This document shows, in pieces, positions 12,245 through 24,264 of a stretch of DNA of 64,000 nucleotides (position 1 is the stretch's first letter; every line of letters begins with the position of its first letter). This DNA is from Amphiscolops sp. MND2022 (Eukaryota): NCBI GenBank assembly GCA_964187785.1, contig OZ076409.1:65908001-65972000 (forward strand), written 5' to 3'. Below the pieces are notes generated by a model, which was not told where the DNA came from, did not search any database, and saw nothing but the letters and a program-made list of their open reading frames with translations. The translations under genes and the position numbers were made by a program.

Positions 12245-13693
12245 TTTAACACACTTGAAATTTTATCAAGCTTTCGGTCATTTCCTTGAAGCAGCCAATT
12301 TAATCAACTTAGGGGTCATTCAAAAATGTACCCTCCAAATTTTATTTTAATTAAACCGTTTTGAGCTGAGCTTACACTTCTGACCGAAACAGTTATTTTG
12401 AACGAATTGTTTTTTTTGAGTCGGTTTTGAAATCAGATGGATTTTTACCACTTATATAGAATTGATGCACACATACATGAAAGAACCACACATTGAGAAA
12501 ATTCATGCTGAACAAAAGCAACTTTTCCAAGCTTTCAATTTTTTTCGCAGTATGCTTAAATTCGAATTATTGACATGAGATCAACGATTAAAAGGCAACC
12601 ATGGAACCAATTACGATCGAACCAAATTTTCGGATAACCTACTGAGACATTTTTAACCCGATCTGTTTCTGATTTAGGACCATGTTCATGCTCATTTAGA
12701 TGAGGCGAATAATGAATACTCAAATGAACATTTATAAGGATTGCTCGAAAACGAGTAGAAAGTTCATTAGAATCGTGCGAGAGTTTCTAGATGGATCGTT
12801 AAGTTGACAAAGTAAATGAAGCTAGAATTTTAAACGAGAAAGTTTGTTTGAAAAAAACTTGAAAACCCGAAATTTTAAAGAGTTCCGAAGCCAAAAGTTG
12901 CAATGAAATGGCTACTAACAGAATGGTCAAACACCAATTTCCTAAGCACTCAAGACGCCAACTGAGCACAGTTTTCCGATCTCAACTAATTCAGCAGCTA
13001 GATATGTTTAAAGGTCGAGCATAGACAAACAACTTGAGCCGGGAAAGCTCATTTGAGGCACTTTTTCACGCGTCAGATTTTGTTTTCTCTTTGTATGCCA
13101 AGAAGCGGAGTACTTTAACAATACCTTCTGAGACATAATGATGGTCATTGTAATAAAATTGTTTCAGAATTTCTAATCCGACGATTGATGAGGCACTCGA
13201 GCATGTCATTGCTTTTCTTGCAATTCTGCCATTTGCAGAATGAAAAAAAATGAAACGAGCAGAGAACACAGAGGAAAAGTGTGGAGAAAAATATTTAAAA
13301 GCACACTCAATAAACAGGTCCTAATCACACCTTGAATGCAGTACATTGAAGAATTGAGATATTTCAACTAAGCGCTACATTATGTAGTGAAGAGTGTAGA
13401 AAAGAGTTTGATACCTTAATCGTGGTATTTCGATGCATGGAGACCCAGCTTTTGAGCTACGTGGCTACCCCTGAGGTGTTTTGTGGTACTTTGGCATGCA
13501 GTTATTGTTGGTGAGCTACTATTTGGCTTTTACGCATTACCCCCTGGGCCGAAAAGTATGGTCGATTGGTTACAACGATTAGTTACAACGAGAATCGAGC
13601 TCTAATAGAGTGAAGAAAGAGCTCATTACTAACAATAAACTGAATCATCCGATTGTATAACAGTTTCTTGAAGACCTGATTCACATTTCGTCG

Positions 13694-14263
13694 TCACCTG
13701 CTGTAAGGACTAACGTCCGAATGTTCTCTCAGGTCACAAGCGGACCTTGAGTCCTTCTTCGTCAATCTTGTATTTGTGTTCTCCCATGCGCTTCTGACTC
13801 CATCCTCATTTAAGGACGTACCCGGCTCAATGCCATGTTGACCCAAAGGCAAATTTTCTACAATATTCTGTATTTCCGGAATAATTCTCTCACTTATAGC
13901 AGAACTAATGGCCCTGGTAATCTGTGATTGCATTAGGTCCATCATAGCCTCCATCTCGCGCGACATCCTAGCGTTCATTTCACCAGATAGCGTATTGATA
14001 GACTCTATCAGTCTACTTTCCCTAACGGGTTCATTTCTACTATCGATGTCTCTAATCTCATTTTCTTGAGATGAATTTTCTCTGTTCGGAAAGGACTGAA
14101 AGTCTCGTTGTCCCTCAGGGACGTTAATCAAGCTATCAAGTTCTCTTTCTATAGAGTTGGAACTTCTCCCACCTAGCATCACGTCCATGTTGCCGTAGTC
14201 GGACAACATATCTAATTCTCTAGAGTTTCTAGACTTGGCCTTTTGTCTCCTCGTAGAAGGCAT
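13694..14263 (-). CDS. Intact 189-aa ORF inside the solo LTR, probably the N-terminus of a Gag-like protein (MPSTRRQKAKSRNSRELDMLSD...)
   Basis: ATG at 14263. No stop for 187 codons up to the LTR end at 13702; the stop TGA (13694-13696) lies in the flank beyond the TSD. Basic N-terminus and an amphipathic helical segment (RLIESINTLSGEMNARMSREMEAMMDLMQSQITRAISSAISERIIPEIQNIV). Gag assignment is inference. Confidence 0.65.
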   Translation of the reverse strand: MPSTRRQKAKSRNSRELDMLSDYGNMDVMLGGRSSNSIERELDSLINVPEGQRDFQSFPNRENSSQENEIRDIDSRNEPVRESRLIESINTLSGEMNARMSREMEAMMDLMQSQITRAISSAISERIIPEIQNIVENLPLGQHGIEPGTSLNEDGVRSAWENTNTRLTKKDSRSACDLREHSDVSPYSR

Positions 14264-15336
14264 TGAAAATGTTATTCCAAGAGAAAATATTTGAATTGTT
14301 CCTGTGGACAAGTATTTCTATTTTCAGAATAATCAAGATGAGCGTAGTGTATCAGGTAGCTGCAAAATTATGATTAACCTTTGTCGGGCCGACTTGGGTA
14401 TATATACCCCAGAAGGCATGACAGGCAAAATTGTTACGGTCATGATATTAAAAATAGCAACGCAAACTGAAAATAGATACGTCAGCACTATAAATAGTAA
14501 CATTACGTCACTAGGCATGTTTGGGGTGGCATGATCAAAGTGCCTTGCGAGGCCGTGGCGGGACATGCCGTTTGCATGGCTGAAAAGGTTTACATGTTTG
14601 AATCAACACTACATGTATACATAATCCATATGGACCTACATGGCCGATTGCCATGAGGGGCATTCTACATTCATGAGGATTAAATGATGAAACTGCATTT
14701 ACTAAGAAAGCGCCGTGTATCCATCATCTAATTACGGTTATATGTATGTAGCAACATTTCATGTTCAACAGACCAACATTTCATGTACAATTTCAGATAA
14801 CACTCAATGTGTCGATAGGCAGTGAAAGGCCTCACTTAAAATAATAGCAACAGGTATTCTACCGGTATATAGCAACTGGTATGTAGTAATTCTAACAATT
14901 GGACCACTTAACTCGCAAGCCGAGTCCGTCCTTATTTTGCTTGTACAGTTATCAACAAACAAAGCATAGCATCAAACAAAGCAGGCCGGTCTAATCACGT
15001 GGCCGGACTGGTCCTTTCTTGAGTAATTATATAGTTAGCAACTATGAGTGAATGAGTGAAATTAGCACGGCTGTTATTGGTCAATTTGCCGTACGCGGCC
15101 ATATTAGCTATACTGAACAGGCAGCCACTTGAACACGTTTCCTTTCTGCCTGTCAGTATAACTTGCTGTCAAATATTACCACAATAAACTAAAATAACTT
15201 TACATGTATTGAATGGATTAACATTGAGTTTTAATCAACAAATAAAGTTTGTGAAATAGTTTATATTGGAATTGTTCCGGGTAGGGCAATCGGCATAGTG
15301 TGGTCAATCGTATAAAGGTTGCCATCGCCTGCGACA
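13702..15336 (-). mobile_element. Solo LTR, 1,635 bp
   Basis: Bounded by TGTAAGG (13702) and GCGACA (15336), with a perfect 5-bp TSD CCTGC at 13697-13701 and 15337-15341. No second copy, PBS or pol adjacent. Orientation inferred from the internal ORF. Confidence 0.85.
14399..14406 (-). promoter_or_regulatory. Candidate LTR TATA box
   Basis: TATATATA about 135 bp upstream of the ORF ATG within the solo LTR. Positional inference only. Confidence 0.3.
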
Positions 15337-16403
15337 CCTGCCCAAGATACAATCATTGCTCAAAAACAAATGAATCCATCATTTTTTCCGAAGATTAGCA
15401 TACTGCTTGATGTTTTTACAACGATATAACAAAACAGAATTGAACTTTTTGAAAGTTTTCAAAATCTTTTTCTGCATAATCTTATATGCAAAACCGTCGA
15501 TTAATGTTCAATTTTTGAAATCTGGTGGAAATACCAGATTAAATTGAATGCTGGGTTATCTTCCAAGAAAAATTTTCCTGAAGTTTTGTCATTAACTTTG
15601 AGTAGATTTTTTTTGAAACTCAGAAGATTGACGTATTTGGAGCGTTTTCTTTCGGTTTACCGGACTACCAAACTTATAGCGTGAAAAACTGGATAACGAT
15701 TGAATAAACATGCCAGTTCCGAAAACAACGATGACAATTAAGACTTTCAACATTTGAAAAAGAATTCTTGGTGTAAAGACCTCGTAAGATTTCCTCTCAA
15801 AAACTTCTAACGTGGAATTCATTACCCAAATATCCAAAGATATTCATCAAAAGATGCCCATACAAATGCCGAATTTTCCTATAACTCTTCCTTCTTTTTT
15901 TTGAAGGAAGAATATTTTGGTTTTCCGTGTAAAAAGGAGTTTTTCAATGCAATTATGCATGCAAAAACGTCTTGAAATGGCCTTGTGTCATACTAACGTC
16001 ATTTGGTAAGAAACTTGATAAAAACTTCGTTTGGCCTTGCAGGAGTGGTAAAAAAAGATTTGAAAATTGGTAGACTACTTAACTCAATTTCAAGCTGTCA
16101 AGTTACGGCTCTTTGAACAGAGCGTGAAGTCCCTCAAGAGACTTTAAACAGTGACTTCTCTAAGCTAATGAGCTGTCACTTTGGTTGATTGAGTCCAAGA
16201 TCTTTCCTTTATATCATCTGACGTTGATTTAGGAAGCAAAGAAAGTTTGTGAAGTTAAAGTAATTATTCTAGGCACAACACCCTTCCGCTACTTCGTCAC
16301 TGTAATTCATCTCGGAATGATCCAACGGGCAACGAAGATTTTATTTTCTTAAAAGAATGCAAAACTGGAGGCTTTAAATTTGTCCCAAAGTTTATTTTTA
16401 AAA

Positions 16404-17000
16404 AACAAGCCGGGAACGGCATAAAATAGCAAAAGGACTTCAAAGCGCCAAGTATTCTCTTCCACATTATCTGAAAAACCCAAAAGGGGGCCGAACTGTT
16501 TTTTGCGCGAAGTCCTCCTCTTTTGTGGAACGCAACCTACTCGGATATAACGTCAAAAATTCGGATAGTATTGATGAAAGTTCTTTGGTGGAAATTTATT
16601 GAAAAAACCTACTTTCAAACAAAAAACGAGAATTTTGAAGCAGTCTCATAGTGCCGAAAAATGTAAAAGGGGGAACCTTTCATATCTTTTAACATTCATT
16701 CGTTGGCAAAATATCAGACAATTGAAGGGGGACCTTTTGGAGACATTAAAAAATGTTCAAAAAAAGTATCACAGAGCCAAAAAAATGGTGGGGACCCTTT
16801 GGTCTGGTCCGGTTTTCGATGTCACGCTAAAGAAGGAACGGTACAACTAATATAGTCCAGTTCCTTGGGCCAAATGGTATAATTTGGCCTCTTAAAATTT
16901 TGTAGAACTTTTGATAGAAGTATTTTGGTCAGTTCGTGTGGATTAAAAAAAGCGTCACTATTATAGTCGCGTTTCACGCCATGAAGCGCCGACTAAAAAA
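16404..17000 (-). mobile_element. HINE family A variant with 3' subTIR deleted
   Basis: Starts AACAAGCCGGGAACGGC (hairpin variant) but lacks the adjacent AGTCGGCGC. Core motifs AGTGCCGAAAAATGTAAAAGGGGG present. Ends AGTCGCG...GAAGCGCCGACTAAAAAA. Confidence 0.75.
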
Positions 17001-17706
17001 ACGATTCTTCAGCTTCTAGTCAAGTTTTTAATAATGAATTTGAAAAAAAACAACAGAAAAGTTGCAAAAACATGTTAAAACAAACCCCCATTTGAAAGGT
17101 ATTGAATTTTTGACAAGGGCTAGAATCATTTCATAAGCCCGAGAAATCGAAACAAAAATTCCAAAGAAACTTCACATGAAGGTAAAGACATCGGCGTTGC
17201 TGAAATATTTCAAACTCTTCGTATCCTGTATGTGCTTGAGATTTTAGTGAGGACATAACAACAATTTTTCCACAATTTCGCGAAAAAGAAAGTTATTTTT
17301 CAAGCTCACAAATCGTTCCGAAATACTATCGATCATTTTTGTTCGAACAGTACTGCAACGACAAGGGCAACGGAGCAACAAGTTTTCGCAATTAATATAA
17401 AATGAGAAAAAAACAAATAACTTTAAACAATTTTCAGTCGGAAATAGTCAATTATTTATTTCGAGCTGAAAAACAACAAAATTTGAATTTTTCAAGCTGA
17501 AAACAAAAAGATTGAATTTATCAGTTGTTAGAGTGCTTCGGTGGGGAAACTAGAACTTTGAATCATCCTTTTCTCTCGAAGTGCAAAAACAATTTACATC
17601 ACCGTGCTTTCTTCGACAAACACTGCTAATCTTGTCGAAACGTTGCGAAACCATCTTTGCTGAAAAGAGGGCCTTTAAACTTGAAAGCATCTTAAGACAA
17701 CATACG

Positions 17707-18171
17707 AACAAGACGAGAACGTCTAAAGTTGGCGCTATATCTAACGCTCGAAAACGCAAAACATTTTTTCGGAAAAAAACTTGAAATTTTTGAAAATTTT
17801 TTCTTTCGGAAAATGTATAGTACCAAAAAATGTGAAAGGGACCCATTTGGATTCATTAACATACATTGTGTTGCAAAATATCAAAATATTCGAAGGGGGA
17901 CCCTTTGGGGTCATTAAAAAAATTTCGAAAGTCGCACGGTGCCAAAAGAAAAACCCTTTAGTCTCGTCCAGTTTTGTAGGTTACGTTAAAAAAGTAAAAA
18001 ATGAAAGCTGGACCCTTTGCACTAATTTTGTCTTTGCCGGATTTGGCCTCAGTGGTTTCACGATTATCTCTAAAAAGTGGATCGATCAGTGTGAGGTCTG
18101 TGGTCTGACGAAAAAAGGCTACTGTAACAGTCGGGCATTTTTCCCTAAAAGGGAAAAGCGCTGACTAAAAA
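17707..18171 (-). mobile_element. HINE family A, full-length copy
   Basis: AACAAGACGAGAACGTCTAAAGTTGGCGC ... AGTCGGGCATTTTTCCC...GGGAAAAGCGCTGACTAAAAA. First ~250 bp closely match the copy at 7332. Confidence 0.85.
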
Positions 18172-20399
18172 TAGCGGGGTCAAACTGCGCCTTTTGCTTG
18201 TTTTCAGTGTCAGAATGAAAGTTCAAGATGTTACGTTTTAACCGAAAAACGTTGCATCAGCCTGTCAGAGCTAGCTCCCGGCTGCTATCGCATTGAACGC
18301 GATTACACTTAAATTTACTGTGATGAACTAATTAGAATGATTTTTGTGACGTCATCAAGACAGCTATGCTAGCAAAACTTTATAATTTGGAATGATTATG
18401 TGACGCCATTATTAATAGAATTGGAACTATTTTCTAAAGCCCGCCTCAACGTCTCCGTCACACCTTGGTCAGCTATAGCTAACCTTAATACACACGGAGA
18501 CACCACGTTGCTATTGTAAAATTGTCTCCATTAAGACAAATATCCAAGTATTATACGAACAGAAAGTCTTTGCAAAGTGAAGAAATTTGTAGTATTCGAA
18601 AAAAGTTTGAAATTACCTTAAAAATGCAACGTGTTGTATACAATGAATTTCCAGTTTGTATATTATCACTTTGGTTTTTTCATTTTGAATATTTTTCTTT
18701 CCGTTTTTGTTGAGTCGCCAATTGAGCGAGTCATCCTTTTATCTTGATTTTTTTAGTAGTCATGAACTACATTGTTCCTGCCCAGCGTGCTTTAATCGTG
18801 ATAAAATGCAGGTGAACTGCTCTTTTACCGCCATTTCAAGCAGAACGAAAATGATTTCAAGAATCATGACGCAGAGTTGAGGAAACTAGGAATTCCGATA
18901 CCTAAATGTAATACGCGGACAGAAATAATATGAAACAACTGGGTTTTTGATGAACAAACCCGACTTTTTTGATTCCTAGGAATTTTTAGGGGAGGAACGA
19001 ATGATGCTAAGAAGGTATAAATATGTTGGTTTTGTAAATTAAATCAATTAGTTATTAGTGATTCTTGTTACACTGTTTGTTACATTGCTATAACGATTCT
19101 ACTTGAAAAATTCAAAACTCTTCAAATAATTGTTTCTCATCAAAAGTGACAACTCGAAGTCAGACGAGCCTGAAAATTTATTCACTGCACCTACTTCAAC
19201 TTACATAAAAACCAAAACGGCTAGTTAAAATAACACTCCGTTAGGTAGTCTTAACACTGCCATACTCGGTTCATTTTACGTTTTAACGTTTTAGAATAAC
19301 CTGTGTTATTTTTACAAAAATTGTTTGGCAAAATTCGCTTAACTTTCCTTCTTGTCTACCAGATGGAATTTACTATATTAAGTTTCATCAGTAGCCAAGA
19401 AGAAACATTGAACTCAGGTTGAGATCAACTTCATAAAGTTGCATTGCGATACATGAGCCGCAAAAAAAGAACTTTTTTCATCAAGTGTAATATGTTTTCG
19501 GTGTGAAATAATCTCGAACTGTATGTTAGTAAAGGAGTGTAACACGTGTCAGCTATTTTATTGCGTATTTCATTCAAGCAGTATATTGCAGATTCGAGAA
19601 TTCCAGTCATTAAGTGTAGTTCGTATAAAGTGTACTCCAGTCAAGAAATTGCGTCAAATATAAATCCGTCAAACTTCAACTAGAGATCATTTTTTGACGG
19701 ATTTAGAAATTAATTTCCTCAAAAAGTGGATATTAGTTAAAGTTTGATTACTTTACATCATATCCTTATTACTTGACAATTTCGTGCTGACGCTTCAATT
19801 TTGGATTCACTCTGTAACACTTTTGACTGTTTTACGCTGTTTAACTTGGTTGATTTACGCTACAGTTTGATTGTTTTACACTGTTTACAATCAATACACT
19901 TTGTAAACGCTTCGATCATCACTTCAACGCGTAATTTTTGTTCAACACTTTGCCGTTAGGTTCGCCCGCCTTTTACAGTTAAACTTTAAAAATTATACTA
20001 TGTACATAAATTCATACTCACATTCGTTCATTCATTGATTCGCTCACAACATTTATTTAAATAGTACATTTCAGTTGTTTTATTTTAATTCATTCGATTT
20101 TAATGAACTCGCTATCTTCCATTTTACGGACTGTGATGAGCTGGAGATAAGATTATCTTTCATTTTATCGTTCATTTTATCATTATTTCACAGTTTATTT
20201 ACGAAAACTATCTGTCAGTTCACGGACATGAGTGATCTAAACTTGAGTTGCATAATTTGGTACAACAATAGTTTATCTAAAAATTAGTTTATACGAAGAA
20301 GTTTTCTTCAAAGAGGTTTTGAGTATCTAAAAGTGCGGTTTATGAAGAGGTTTTGTTCAAAGAAAAGTTGGAACCCGGTAAAAAATCCATTCGAAGCAT

Positions 20400-20760
20400 A
20401 TTGTATCAAGTGAAACATTCAAGAGTTTTTGGGTGAAGATTAACGTGATACATTGAATAATAATGGAACTATGTTTGATGGGAGAGAACTTAGGTGCAAA
20501 GGATGCCGAAAAACCGAAAATATTTCTTTCTGTCCTACTCCGCGGAGACCTTGGAATGGTGTATTTCACCGACTTTGTACCTTCGATGAAAAGCCAGAGA
20601 GAGAGAGAGAGAGTAATTGACGCCTGTTTAAATTTTGCACAAGCTTGCAAAGATCATCTTCAAACTTTGAAAGACAACTTTGTTGAGCTTGAAAACGGTA
20701 TATTTAAAAGATGTAGAGTTTGCTCATTGAACAGAACTTTGATCTTTATCTCGAAAAACG
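20400..20760 (+). pseudogene. Possible degenerate Ty3/Gypsy reverse-transcriptase fragment
   Basis: ORF 20463-20966 contains 'VIDACLNFAQACKDHLQTLKDNF', resembling the RT pattern YLDDxIIFSxTxEEHLxxLxxVF, preceded by 'VLLRGDLG'. A (GA)n insertion lies at ~20597-20612. Confidence 0.3.
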
Positions 20761-21036
20761 CATTCACAAGGAAGCCAACAAGTGTCACAGAAATCTTGGT
20801 GAGCAATCACATAGAAAAGGAAGTTCAAGATGTTGGCTCTACAAACGTACGGATAAAGTCACGCAGTGAAGCGTTTGTTCTCTTTTTTTTCTTCAGTGCC
20901 AGTGAACCAAAAATATCCGAAAAAACTACAGCTTCAGTGAAACGTGATCAGAACCAAAAGCCGTAAAATTTCTAGTGAATGATTCAAATGACCTGATACG
21001 GACATTATCCGCAAATGGAAATCTTTTCAGTCGCTT

Positions 21037-21110
21037 TTTTCGGACCTATTTGTGCCTCTATGTTATGTAGTGATCACTACATAACATAGAGGCACAAATA
21101 GGTCCGAAAA
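21037..21110. repeat. Perfect 74-bp palindrome with no spacer
   Basis: TTTTCGGACCTATTTGTGCCTCTATGTTATGTAGTGA|TCACTACATAACATAGAGGCACAAATAGGTCCGAAAA: 37-bp arms, zero mismatches, centre between 21073 and 21074. Confidence 0.97.
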
Positions 21111-22949
21111 TTCTAAATTATACGAACTTCGAACTTGGAGTAGTGAAAATTTTCGTTTAACCGATTAATCATTAAAAATAACCGCGTAATTAGTTTTAAA
21201 AAATCACAATTACAGAATAAGAAAATATTTTGAAGAAGACAAAAGCTGAGCAGTTGGATATTTTCCGGCCCAAAAGAAGTTAGTTCCAACGACATTTTCT
21301 TGAAGCTCCAGAGTTTTTTGTACACCGATGTTTTCCCTCGAGACTGTAATCCACCAAAATGCTAGAAACTACTAGTACTAAACGGCCACTAAAATATCAA
21401 AGTTTTTGCTTTTTTGGCGTCATTTAGAGGCTTTCTTTTATCACGAACTTCGGTGTCTTTTATGTGAAGTTTTCGCTAAATTGATAATAGTTTAATTGTT
21501 GAACACTGTAGTAAGTAATACACACTAAACTATCCATACTTTCGATAAATTTGGCATCAGAGTGTCAAAAGAAAGACAGGAACTGCATTTTTTGCTCTTT
21601 TGTAGATATAAAAAACTTTTAATATTACACAATTCGTTTTTCTTCGGTACTTTGCACAATTTCGTGTTTTTTCGGTACTATGCGACTGTATTGCCTAATT
21701 TTCAAAAATCGAAGCCCCCTTGAAGCGTTTAGAAGCATAGCCTGTGTAACGTCAAGCTAACAGCTACATTCCAGAACCGGGACAATGCCCAGATTGCCTT
21801 AACAAGAGACCAGTGTCTTACAACAACCTGAACAACAGTTTTTAGTCCCAAATGGTCTCAGTGGGAACTTTTCCAAAACGCCGTGGAGACTCCTCATATT
21901 AGAGCTCCGTGGCGACGTGCCGGCACACTCAAAGTCCGGACACATCCCACAAGCACGTAAAAACGGTCCTAAAGCTTCCTGCGATCCTACATACCTCCGA
22001 GGTCCGAAAACAGGGGTTTTAGTTCATACTCATTCTGTTAGGAAAATATCCTCAAAAGTACCAATCATAAGGATCTAGCAGATCCAGCACCACCATACAT
22101 CTGCAAATCAATATCAACAGCATTAGAATTAATTAAAATGGGAACTTCTGACACATTTCTATTAATTCGTCTATTTTTTGTTCTTCTGGTTCTTTTTTTG
22201 ATTTCAACGACCTGCTAGGTCGGCCATTTTGATTCGCACATTTTCGACTTTTTTGAACAAAATTTTAGTGCTTTACTGGTGGACGTTACACTGGTTGGAA
22301 CTGCTTGAACATTTTACAAGTTTTTGTAGGTTACCAAGCAAATTTTTCATGATTTTATAAAATTCTCAAGGAAACCTCCATGCAATAAAACTTTGCAACT
22401 GATGCAATTTAAATTTATCAAGATGCCTATAAGACGCATCCTAAATTTGGCGGCAATTCTGATCCGCGAAGTTTTGCAGGTTTCATAAAGACGCCGTTCT
22501 AATTTTGAAAGCAGCTGAGAACTTAGTCAATTTTACCGCAGTTTCAATGCAAATAAAGATCAGTCGCATCATTAATTTGAAAGTAGCATCATATTCAGCG
22601 TGCTATTCGACTCACGGTGTTTACATAAAATACTCACTTGAGAAACTTACGCGTGAAAACGAAGTGATCGCGTTGGTGAAAAAATAGAAATGTTTTCAGT
22701 TTTAACTCAAATAGTGAAATCTGCATAGTAATCCTATGCATGGTCCCTGAATTTTCCATGTTTTATAAAAATTAGCCGGCATTCTTTGAAGATGCCTGTA
22801 AATTTTTGCGGCAACTTCGACTAGGGTAGTTTCAAGTTTTTCAAGACTTTTTTTCGGAAAAATTAATTTGTTCACGTTATTAGGCTTTTCAAAGTTTCAA
22901 AGGAATCTGTTCTCCGTGTCCCGAGGGTGACCTTCATGGTTTTTTAACT

Positions 22950-23337
22950 TTGAGACTGATGAGATCTTTCTGAATATTTGCGGAAAAGAGGTTTTTTCAG
23001 AACCGTGCGAATTTTCTTGATAAATATTTTATTTGGTCAAAGAGTCACACTCTTACTTTTTAAAACTTTCCAAAATAAAAAGAGCGTTTGGTGAACCTTA
23101 AGTGTCTCTTCTAGGGTTTTTCGGCATTGCAAGACGTTTTCAGAAAGAAGAAAAGTTTAGATAAAAAAGTGAAAAGTTGTAAAAAAAGGTTTTCGAGTCT
23201 TATGAGAATCCTTTCGGATAACTTTTGCACTGTAATTTCAAAAAAAAACGAAAGAGTCTTTTAGCATCATTAGTTATAACACTTTACTCTGCTCCAACTT
23301 CGTGCAGGGTTTCGACTTGGGTCGTTCCCAGCTTGTT
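22950..23337 (+). mobile_element. Old degenerate HINE family A 3' portion
   Basis: Ends CGACTTGGGTCGTTCCCAGCTTGTT (decayed subTIR plus hairpin), 2 bp before the next copy begins. Left boundary uncertain. Confidence 0.5.
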
Positions 23338-23339
23338 AG

Positions 23340-24232
23340 TTTTTAGTCGGCGCATTTAGAAGAAAATGAGCCCGACTATTACAGTGGCTAGTTTCTTTTT
23401 TTTTCGTCAGATAACAGAATGTATGCGTAGTGGACACTTTTTACAGAACAGAACTACTAAACTAAAGTACTGGATCGGCAAACGGGGAGCGTATTTAAGA
23501 TAATGCAAAGGGTCCCCCCTTTCAGTTACTCCATTTTTATCGTAAGATACAAAACCTGACGAGACAATAGGGTCCCCCCTTTGAGTTTTTATCGGCACTG
23601 TGCGACTTTTTTTTCGAAATTTTTTTTGTCTCCAAAGGGTCCCCCCTTCAATTTTTTGCTGTTTTGCGACAAAATGGATGTTGGAAAATTCCAAAGGGTC
23701 CCCCCTTTCAGTTTTTTCGGCACTGTGAGATTTTTTTTCGAAAATAAAAAAATTTCATCCCTTCAATTTTTTGATGTTTTGCGACTGAATGGTTGGTGAA
23801 AAACCCCAAAAGGTCCCTCCTTTCAGTTTTTTTCGGCACTGTGAGATTTTTTCCTAAAATTATTTTCTCTCCAAAGGGTCCCCCTTCAATTTCTTTGATA
23901 TTTTACAACACATTGGGTGTTTAAAAATCCCAAAGTGTCCCCCTTTCAGTTTTTCGGCATTGTGAGACTTTTTTTCGAAAATTTGTTTTTTCTCCAAAGG
24001 GTTCCTCCTTCAACTGCCACAAAAATGTTGACAATTTCGGAAGTGTCCGTTTTTTAGCGCGCCAGGGGCTCGCGCTAGCGGGGCCCGGCGCGCCACTCAG
24101 TCCATTTTTTTGGTTTTTCGAAAAAAAAGTTCGATAAAATTTTGAAAAAAAATTCGTTTTTTTTTCAAAAAAAGTCTTTTGCGCTTTTTGAGCCTTAGAT
24201 ATGGCGCGGACTTTAGACGTTCTCGTCTTGTT
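23340..24232 (+). mobile_element. HINE family A, long full-length copy with internal tandem repeats
   Basis: Starts TTTTTAGTCGGCGC...GCCCGACT. Contains ~3.5 tandem ~120-bp units (CCAAAGGGTCCCCCC...CGGCACTGTGAGA) at ~23570-24015 and a GC-rich hairpin at 24057-24093. Ends GCGCGGACTTT-AGACG-TTCT-CGTCT-TGTT. Confidence 0.9.
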
Positions 24233-24264
24233 ACTATTTGGGTGTTCTAGTTGACGAATCATCC

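Noticed and set aside
13420..13696. Possible BEL RNase H relic ('FELRGY', 'TRIEL', 'SDCITV') flanking the solo LTR
   Set aside because: Similarity is too weak and fragmentary to support without an HMM search.
21740..22105. GC-richer patch as a possible solo LTR or exon
   Set aside because: No TSD, partner repeat or convincing ORF/splice pattern found.
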